Positions 1-4,395 of a DNA stretch of 10,183 bases are shown piece by piece; the stretch's first letter is position 1; each line of letters begins with the position of its first letter. This stretch comes from an uncultured Erysipelotrichaceae bacterium (GTDB taxonomy: Bacteria; Bacillota_I; Bacilli_A; Erysipelotrichales; Erysipelotrichaceae), in the NCBI GenBank assembly GCA_964457525.1, contig CAYWGS010000054.1, positions 1 to 10,183 on the forward strand, read 5' to 3'. The translations under genes were made by a program, and so were the position numbers. The notes beneath the pieces were generated by a model. That model was not told the origin of the DNA. It made no database searches and was given only the letters and a program-made list of their open reading frames with translations.

Positions 1-702
1 CTCGTTGAAAATATTAAAAAACACTTCATGAGACTTTTCTTTACCTGCAATAAATTGAATATCATCCATTAATAAAACATCTAAATGATTCATTTTTTCT
101 TTAAATTTCTCAATAGAATTGTCTTTAATTGAATTAACAACCGATGTAACGAAATCTGTACTCGATGTATAGAAAACTTTCTTACTAGGATCGTTTTGCT
201 TAATATAATTACCAATCGAATTTAATAAATGTGTCTTGCCTAAGCCTGAATTTCCATAAATAAATAGTGGTGTATAGAACTTACCTGGTGTATAGGCACA
301 GGCTAAAGATGCAGAATGAGCTTCTTTATTGCTTGGACCTACAATAAAATTATCAAAAGTGTATTCTGGCATGACATGATCATCATCAAATACAACTTCA
401 TTTTCCTCTTTAATTGGCGTAATTCCTGGCGCAACAACATCATTTTCTAAATGTACTTCACAATTAACCGAATGATTTAAGATCGAACTTAAAATAGTCC
501 CAATCAAGTGCAACTTTTGTGACAAAATCATCTTTTGTAAATTAGTTGGTACGGCAATAATTGCCTTTTCTTCATTTAAGAAGACTAAATTTGATTCTTC
601 AAAGTAGGTTTCGTAAACCAACTTGCCAATAGAAGAATCTTCTTTAAGCAAATTCTTAGCTTTTGCCCAAAGATCGTTATAGAAATACTCTACCCCTGTC
701 AT
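1..702 (-). CDS. dnaA: Chromosomal replication initiator DnaA, N-terminal ~234 codons (domains I-II and the start of AAA+ domain III). The rest runs off the left window edge.
   Basis: Absent from the ORF track because it is open at the window edge. I checked the minus-strand frame triplet by triplet from ATG 702..700 down to position 1 and found no stop. Translation: MTGVEYFYNDLWAKAKNLL...MPEYTFDNFIVGPSNKEAHSASLA...LFIYGNSGLGKTHLLNSIGNY...LDVLLMDDIQFIAGKEKSHEVFFNIFNE. It has the DnaA-type Walker A (GNSGLGKTHL) and Walker B (DVLLMDDIQF). SD-like AGAGG (complement of 712-716) lies 8 nt upstream. An in-frame alternative ATG at 729..727 would add MITLEEVTV. Confidence 0.9.
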   Translation of the reverse strand, partial: MTGVEYFYNDLWAKAKNLLKEDSSIGKLVYETYFEESNLVFLNEEKAIIAVPTNLQKMILSQKLHLIGTILSSILNHSVNCEVHLENDVVAPGITPIKEENEVVFDDDHVMPEYTFDNFIVGPSNKEAHSASLACAYTPGKFYTPLFIYGNSGLGKTHLLNSIGNYIKQNDPSKKVFYTSSTDFVTSVVNSIKDNSIEKFKEKMNHLDVLLMDDIQFIAGKEKSHEVFFNIFNE

Positions 703-779
703 AACTGTAACCTCTTCTAGTGTTATCATTTTACCCCTGTATTTAGGGTATTTCTACCCCAAAATAAATACCCACAGAC

Positions 780-788
780 TTATACACA
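780..788 (+). promoter_or_regulatory. DnaA box, 1 mismatch (TTATACACA)
   Basis: 8/9 match to TTATCCACA. The same variant recurs at 882-890. It lies in the likely dnaA leader/promoter zone. Confidence 0.6.
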
Positions 789-832
789 GATGTAACACTA
801 ATAATAGCGTTTAAATAAAGACTTTTAAAGAG

Positions 833-851
833 TTTTCCACAATTATCCACA
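833..851 (+). promoter_or_regulatory. Tandem double DnaA-box module TTTTCCACA-A-TTATCCACA (second box perfect)
   Basis: 833-841 TTTTCCACA (1 mismatch) and 843-851 TTATCCACA (0 mismatches). Start-to-start spacing is 10 bp, one helical turn. Confidence 0.8.
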
Positions 852-881
852 TCTTTTAAAAATATAGAAACTGTTGAAAAC

Positions 882-890
882 TTATACACA
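882..890 (+). promoter_or_regulatory. DnaA box, 1 mismatch (TTATACACA)
   Basis: 8/9 match. It is preceded by GTTGAAAAC (873-881), a 9-mer that recurs at 1123-1131. Confidence 0.6.
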
Positions 891-900
891 TTTTTTACAT

Positions 901-919
901 TGTGTAAAACTGTGGACAA
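901..919 (-). promoter_or_regulatory. Tandem reverse-orientation DnaA boxes TGTGTAAAA / TGTGGACAA
   Basis: 911-919 TGTGGACAA is 1 mismatch from TGTGGATAA. 901-909 TGTGTAAAA has 2 mismatches. Start-to-start spacing is 10 bp. Confidence 0.55.
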
Positions 920-930
920 TTTGTAAAAAA

Positions 931-959
931 TAACAACTTATTAACAAGTTATAAACAAC
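931..959 (+). repeat. Three phased A/T-rich direct repeats TAACAAC / TAACAAG / TAAACAAC
   Basis: Copies at 931-937, 942-948 and 952-959 start 11 and 10 bp apart. They sit between DnaA-box pairs. Confidence 0.5.
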
Positions 960-992
960 GAAATATCCTTATAAAATAAGGCGATTAGTGAT

Positions 993-1009
993 TTTTCCAC
1001 AAATCCACA
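993..1009 (+). promoter_or_regulatory. Second copy of the double DnaA-box module (TTTTCCACA + AAATCCACA)
   Basis: TTTTCCACAAATCCACA resembles 833-851 (TTTTCCACAATTATCCACA) with 2 nt missing. 993-1001 has 1 mismatch and 1001-1009 has 2 mismatches. Confidence 0.55.
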
Positions 1010-1072
1010 AAACAGTGTATAACTTTCTAAAAAAACGGTGGTTAAAATGTGGAGTTTTCCCCAATTAGGGAT

Positions 1073-1081
1073 TGTTGATAA
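1073..1081 (-). promoter_or_regulatory. DnaA box, reverse orientation, 1 mismatch (TGTTGATAA)
   Basis: 8/9 match to TGTGGATAA. Confidence 0.5.
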
Positions 1082-1258
1082 CTTCTGAAAATATTACATT
1101 TATAAACTGTTGCACACTTTGAGTTGAAAACGCATACAATGTACTTACAAATTGATTAATTATTTGTTATAGAGACAGTTTTTAGCAAAAATTATCAATT
1201 ATTGTAGCACTAATTTACATATAATAAGGATATCTAAAAATTGGGAGAGTATTAATAT

Positions 1259-1598
1259 ATGAAAAACAAAGGAATAAAATTGATCAAAGAAGGGGTTTCT
1301 GATATTCAGGATCTTTCCAATAAAATTAAATATAAATGCTGATTTAGTTTACGAGAATTGGCATTATGCTAATGATGTAAAAATTATATTCATGTGTTTT
1401 GAAAAATATTACTTTAGAAATAACAGTGCAGCAGGATTATCTTTATTAATAACTGAAACAAACTTAGTCCAAACCATCGATGTAGTGGGTTTTGGTGGAG
1501 GAGAAGGCTTATTTAACTTAAGTTGGGGAGCAAATTCAGATTTCTTAGAAAGTGTTGTTGGTTTATTGAAAGAACATGGTTTTAGAGAAAATCGATAG
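1259..1598 (+). pseudogene. Small (~110 aa if repaired) uncharacterised protein gene split across two frames. It is either a frameshifted pseudogene or a sequencing indel. Possibly DUF6054-like.
   Basis: SD GGGAGAG (1243-1249) plus ATG 1259 gives MKNKGIKLIKEGVSDIQDLSNKIKYKC, then TGA at 1340-1342. The next frame is open from 1284 to TAG 1596-1598 (...NINADLVYENWHYANDVKIIFMCFEKYYFRNNSAAGLSLLITETNLVQTIDVVGFGGGEGLFNLSWGANSDFLESVVGLLKEHGFRENR). That frame has no ATG/GTG/TTG before Met 1392, and Met 1392 has no SD. The family resemblance is from memory only. Confidence 0.45.
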
Positions 1599-1602
1599 AT
1601 TA

Positions 1603-1631
1603 TTGACTGATATTAGAGATAAAAATATACT
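1603..1631 (+). promoter_or_regulatory. Putative sigma-A type promoter P1 upstream of rpmH (TTGACT-17-TATACT)
   Basis: -35 TTGACT at 1603-1608, a 17-nt spacer, and -10 TATACT at 1626-1631. Confidence 0.45.
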
Positions 1632-1678
1632 TATATTTTGAAATAATATGGCATATTAGAACAATTAAGATAGTTTTA

Positions 1679-1707
1679 TTGACTTATAGGGTTTCATTCG
1701 TTATAAT
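1679..1707 (+). promoter_or_regulatory. Putative sigma-A type promoter P2 of rpmH (TTGACT-17-TATAAT)
   Basis: -35 TTGACT at 1679-1684, an exact 17-nt spacer, and consensus -10 TATAAT at 1702-1707. It lies about 50 nt upstream of the rpmH ATG. Confidence 0.65.
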
Positions 1708-1756
1708 CTAAGGGCAATTGTTCAATTTGTATCAACATGAAGTGGAGGTGGCTCAT

Positions 1757-1891
1757 ATGAAAAGAACTTATCAGCCGAGCAAGAGAAAACACCAAAAGGT
1801 CCACGGTTTCCGAGCTAGAATGAAAACGGTCGGAGGCCGTAAAGTTTTAGCAAGACGTCGTGCTAAAGGCAGAGAGGTTTTGTCGGCATAA
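1757..1891 (+). CDS. rpmH: 50S ribosomal protein L34
   Basis: Too short for the ORF track. ATG 1757 is preceded by GGAGGTG (1744-1750). The 44-aa product is [44 protein letters not shown], a near-consensus L34. Stop is TAA 1889-1891. Confidence 0.97.
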   Translation: MKRTYQPSKRKHQKVHGFRARMKTVGGRKVLARRRAKGREVLSA

Positions 1892-1916
1892 AAGTCACCT
1901 AATGGTGACTTTTTTT
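1892..1916 (+). terminator. Rho-independent terminator/attenuator between rpmH and rnpA
   Basis: Stem AAGTCACC (1892-1899) / GGTGACTT (1904-1911), loop TAAT, and a T-run extending to 1916. Confidence 0.7.
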
Positions 1917-1924
1917 AATCTTTT

Positions 1925-2296
1925 ATGAAGAAGATAAATCGAATTACGAAAAACGAAGAATTCCAAAAGATTATACAAACAAAAAAATTTGTTTCCAATC
2001 CATCTTTTAGTGTGTATTATGTACCTAGAAAAAGAGAGAATAGTCGTATTGGAATATCGGTTAGTCGTAAATTAGGGACTGCTGTTGATCGAAACTTAAT
2101 TAAACGACAAGTTAGAATGATGTGTATTGATATTACTGAATTTAAAGAAAACTTTGATTGTGTTATTATGGTAAGGAATGGTTATAAAAATTACCATTAT
2201 GCAGAAAATAAAGATGCATTAAGTCAGTGTTTTATCAAAATAAAATCAAAGGCTAATAGTAGCCTTATAGGAGATTTGAATGAAAAAGTTGTTTAA
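1925..2296 (+). CDS. rnpA: Ribonuclease P protein component
   Basis: 123 aa. The N-terminus KKINRITKNEEFQKI and ...RIGISVSRKLGTAVDRNLIKRQVR match the RnpA pattern (RNR-type motif region). The position directly after rpmH is conserved. No SD precedes ATG 1925. Confidence 0.9.
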   Translation: MKKINRITKNEEFQKIIQTKKFVSNPSFSVYYVPRKRENSRIGISVSRKLGTAVDRNLIKRQVRMMCIDITEFKENFDCVIMVRNGYKNYHYAENKDALSQCFIKIKSKANSSLIGDLNEKVV

Positions 2297-3170
2297 AAAC
2301 AAAAAATTATGGATTGCAATTGGGTTACTCGTTACTTTAACAGCATGTACCAATGTTATCGATCCAGACACGAAGTTAATTATGCCAGATAAGATTATCT
2401 ACTTGGAAACAACCATTGGAGATATCTTAGCGAATGAAAGTTGGTTCTCCGCTTTCTTTGTTTACCCTATTTCTCAAGCAATTAACTTTATCAATCAATA
2501 CGTTGGTGTTGTTATGTCCATCGTTATTGTAACAATTTTAATTAAGTTATTGACTCTAAGTTTCACAATTAAATCAACTGTAGCGTCTCAAAAGATGCAA
2601 ATTATTAATCCTGAATTAAAAGCAATTCAAGATCGTTATGCTGGTAAAACAGATAACCAATCCAAAATGAAGATGAGTCAAGAGATGCAAGCTCTATACT
2701 CAAAACACAACATTAATCCATTTGGATCCATTGTTGTTATGTTCATTCAGTTCCCAATCATTATTGCAATGTACCAAGCAGTTCAACGTGCTGCTGCAGT
2801 TGTTAATGGTTCATTCTTTGGAACAAGCCTTCAAACTACACCACTTGATGCATTCTTCCAAGGTGTATATCTATTCGTTGTTATCTATGTATTAATGGGA
2901 ATCTTCCAATTCATTTCGATGAGATTACCAATGTACCTTCAAAAGAAATTCGCACCTAAGAAAGAAAAGAATTATGTTCAAGGTGAAAAGAAACCAGCTG
3001 CTGGTCCAAATATGGATATGATGATGTATATTTCTCTTGTTATGATTATGGGTATTGCGATTAGCTGGCCAACAGCGATGTCACTTTACTGGTTAGTCAC
3101 ATCTTTAGCACAAGTTGCTCAAACAGTATTTATTCAATTCAAGTTTATCAATCCAACTGTAGGTAAATAA
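2280..3170 (+). CDS. yidC: Membrane protein insertase YidC/SpoIIIJ/OxaA family, lipoprotein type
   Basis: 296 aa. Signal peptide with lipobox LTAC (Cys23). It has multiple TM segments and YidC-like motifs (QKMQIINPELKAIQDRY, NPFGS, LYWLVTSL). SD AGGAG at 2269-2273. It overlaps the rnpA 3' end by 17 nt. rnpA-yidC-jag synteny is conserved. Confidence 0.9.
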   Translation: MKKLFKNKKLWIAIGLLVTLTACTNVIDPDTKLIMPDKIIYLETTIGDILANESWFSAFFVYPISQAINFINQYVGVVMSIVIVTILIKLLTLSFTIKSTVASQKMQIINPELKAIQDRYAGKTDNQSKMKMSQEMQALYSKHNINPFGSIVVMFIQFPIIIAMYQAVQRAAAVVNGSFFGTSLQTTPLDAFFQGVYLFVVIYVLMGIFQFISMRLPMYLQKKFAPKKEKNYVQGEKKPAAGPNMDMMMYISLVMIMGIAISWPTAMSLYWLVTSLAQVAQTVFIQFKFINPTVGK

Positions 3171-3171
3171 A

Positions 3172-3786
3172 ATGAAACTTTATGTAGGAAAAAATTTAGA
3201 TGATTGTTTGAATCAAGCTTCTAAAGAGAAATCAGTTCCTGTAAGTGAATTAACCTACTTTATCAAGGAAGAAAAAACAGGTTTCTTAGGGTTTGGTAAT
3301 CAAACAACTGCAGAAATTTATGCAATTAGTGATGTTCTTGAGTTCTTACATGCGTATATTTCAAAATTCTTTAAGAATATTGGGGTAGAAGTTGAAGTAA
3401 CTGTAGGACAAGATTCTGAAGGATTAAAAGTCATGTTAAACGCTGAAAATAATGCGATTTTGATTGGTAAATCAGGTCAAACTTTACATGCATTAAATAC
3501 AGTGGTTCGAAGTGCAATTAATTCGGAATTTAGACGTCATTTCAATGTGTTAGTTGATATAAACAACTATAAGACAGATCGTTATGACAAGGTGATTGCG
3601 ATGGCAAGTCGTATTGCGAAGACAGTAGTTCGTACTAAAGTTTCCGCAACACTTGATCCATTACCGAATGATGAACGTAAAGTCATTCACCAATACTTAA
3701 GCGAAATGAAATACATTCGTACTGAAAGTGTTGGAGAACGCAATCAAAGACGTTTAAAGATTATTTACGATAAAAATAAAGCTTAG
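3172..3786 (+). CDS. jag: Jag/KhpB-type RNA-binding protein (Jag_N + KH + R3H domains)
   Basis: 204 aa. KH GXXG loop (IGKSGQTLHALN) and an R3H-like segment (LPNDERKVIHQYL). It starts 1 nt after the yidC stop, in the conserved position downstream of yidC. Confidence 0.85.
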   Translation: MKLYVGKNLDDCLNQASKEKSVPVSELTYFIKEEKTGFLGFGNQTTAEIYAISDVLEFLHAYISKFFKNIGVEVEVTVGQDSEGLKVMLNAENNAILIGKSGQTLHALNTVVRSAINSEFRRHFNVLVDINNYKTDRYDKVIAMASRIAKTVVRTKVSATLDPLPNDERKVIHQYLSEMKYIRTESVGERNQRRLKIIYDKNKA

Positions 3787-3802
3787 GTCACTAAGCTTTT
3801 TT
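3778..3802 (+). terminator. Rho-independent terminator after jag
   Basis: Stem AGCTTAG (3780-3786, including the TAG stop) / CTAAGCT (3791-3797), loop GTCA, followed by TTTTT (3798-3802). Confidence 0.7.
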
Positions 3803-3821
3803 AATCCAAGTGAGGCTGGTG

Positions 3822-3827
3822 TATAAT
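3822..3827 (+). promoter_or_regulatory. Consensus -10 hexamer TATAAT immediately upstream of pth. The -35 is poor.
   Basis: TATAAT at 3822-3827. The best -35 candidate, TTTTAA (3799-3804), is weak. The hexamer sits after a terminator, so some promoter is expected here. Confidence 0.35.
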
Positions 3828-3828
3828 A

Positions 3829-4395
3829 ATGAAGATGAAATGTATTGTTGGATTAGGAAATCCAGGAAAAATGTATGAAAAGACCCGACATAATGTCGGT
3901 TTTCGTGTGATTGATGCACTTATTCAACGTGATAATCTAAAAACACAGAACAAATTTAAGAGTGAGATTGTTCAAACAACACTCAATAATGTCCCTGTAA
4001 TACTTGTTAAACCACAAACTTTTATGAATTTATCAGGAGAAGCGGTTCGATTAGTGATGGACTTTTATAAGATCGATCCAAAAGATATTCTCATTATCTA
4101 TGATGATTTAGATTTACCTGTCGGTAAATTTAGACTCAGAGAAAAGGGAAGTGCTGGTGGACATAATGGAATGAAGAGTTTGATACAACACTTCGGTACT
4201 CAAGAATTCCCAAGACTAAGAATTGGGATTGATAAGAATCCACTAATCCCAACCCCGGATTATGTATTAGGTAAATTTACAAAAGAAGATGAAACCATCT
4301 TATCCTCTGCTCTACAAAGGGCAGTTAATTGTTGTGATGATTTTACCAAACTCTCATTTGTAGATTTGATGACAAAATATAACACACAAGAATGA
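3829..4395 (+). CDS. pth: Peptidyl-tRNA hydrolase. The start may be the second ATG at 3835.
   Basis: 188 aa. CIVGLGNPGKMYEKTRHNVGF and ...GSAGGHNGMKS are hallmark Pth motifs. The TGA stop overlaps the mfd ATG (ATGA at 4392-4395). Confidence 0.93.
   Translation: MKMKCIVGLGNPGKMYEKTRHNVGFRVIDALIQRDNLKTQNKFKSEIVQTTLNNVPVILVKPQTFMNLSGEAVRLVMDFYKIDPKDILIIYDDLDLPVGKFRLREKGSAGGHNGMKSLIQHFGTQEFPRLRIGIDKNPLIPTPDYVLGKFTKEDETILSSALQRAVNCCDDFTKLSFVDLMTKYNTQE

Larger units (their letters stand above)
768..1081. promoter_or_regulatory. DnaA-box cluster (oriC-associated, dnaA-upstream box region) between divergent dnaA and rpmH
   Basis: Manual scan for TTATCCACA / TGTGGATAA. One perfect box: 843-851. Six one-mismatch boxes: 780-788 TTATACACA, 833-841 TTTTCCACA, 882-890 TTATACACA, 911-919 TGTGGACAA, 993-1001 TTTTCCACA, 1073-1081 TGTTGATAA. 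Several two-mismatch boxes: 768-776, 901-909, 1001-1009, 1014-1022. The position between divergent dnaA and rpmH is the canonical Bacillota origin context. Confidence 0.8.

Noticed and set aside
1047-1088. A 13-codon micro-ORF (MWSFPQLGIVDNF) with an upstream GGTGG, inside the DnaA-box region.
   Set aside because: It is tiny, has no supporting conservation evidence, and overlaps DnaA-box-like sequences. Chance occurrence is likely.
1259-1372. Reading TGA 1340-1342 as Trp (Mollicutes code 4) to rescue the small ORF.
   Set aside because: Read-through hits TAA after 10 more codons (WFSLRELALC*) and does not join the conserved downstream frame. All Trp codons in the long ORFs are TGG, and mfd (1149 codons) has no in-frame TGA, which indicates the standard code.
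1392-1598. The ORF-track 68-aa ORF as an independent gene.
   Set aside because: There is no SD before ATG 1392. The reading frame stays open 108 nt upstream with protein-like sequence. A properly signalled start (ATG 1259) sits in the adjacent frame. It is better explained as the 3' part of a frameshifted gene.
1737-1760. A 7-codon upstream ORF (ATG AAG TGG AGG TGG CTC ATA TGA; MKWRWLI) whose stop overlaps the rpmH ATG.
   Set aside because: It has no SD of its own. Its body is simply the rpmH SD (GGAGGTG) and spacer, so it is most likely a coincidental ATG.
2083-2118. The RnpA RNR-motif region reads AVDRNLIKRQVR (RNL rather than RNR).
   Set aside because: As far as I recall, the third position of the motif varies among bacteria (for example a Lys in some staphylococcal sequences), and the flanking R, N, K-R and R residues are intact. 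It is not compelling as an anomaly without an alignment.
2251-2264. A small hairpin, GGCTA-ATAG-TAGCC, near the rnpA 3' end just upstream of the yidC SD.
   Set aside because: It has only a 5-bp stem and no T-tract, and it lies within coding sequence. It is too weak to call as a regulatory element.
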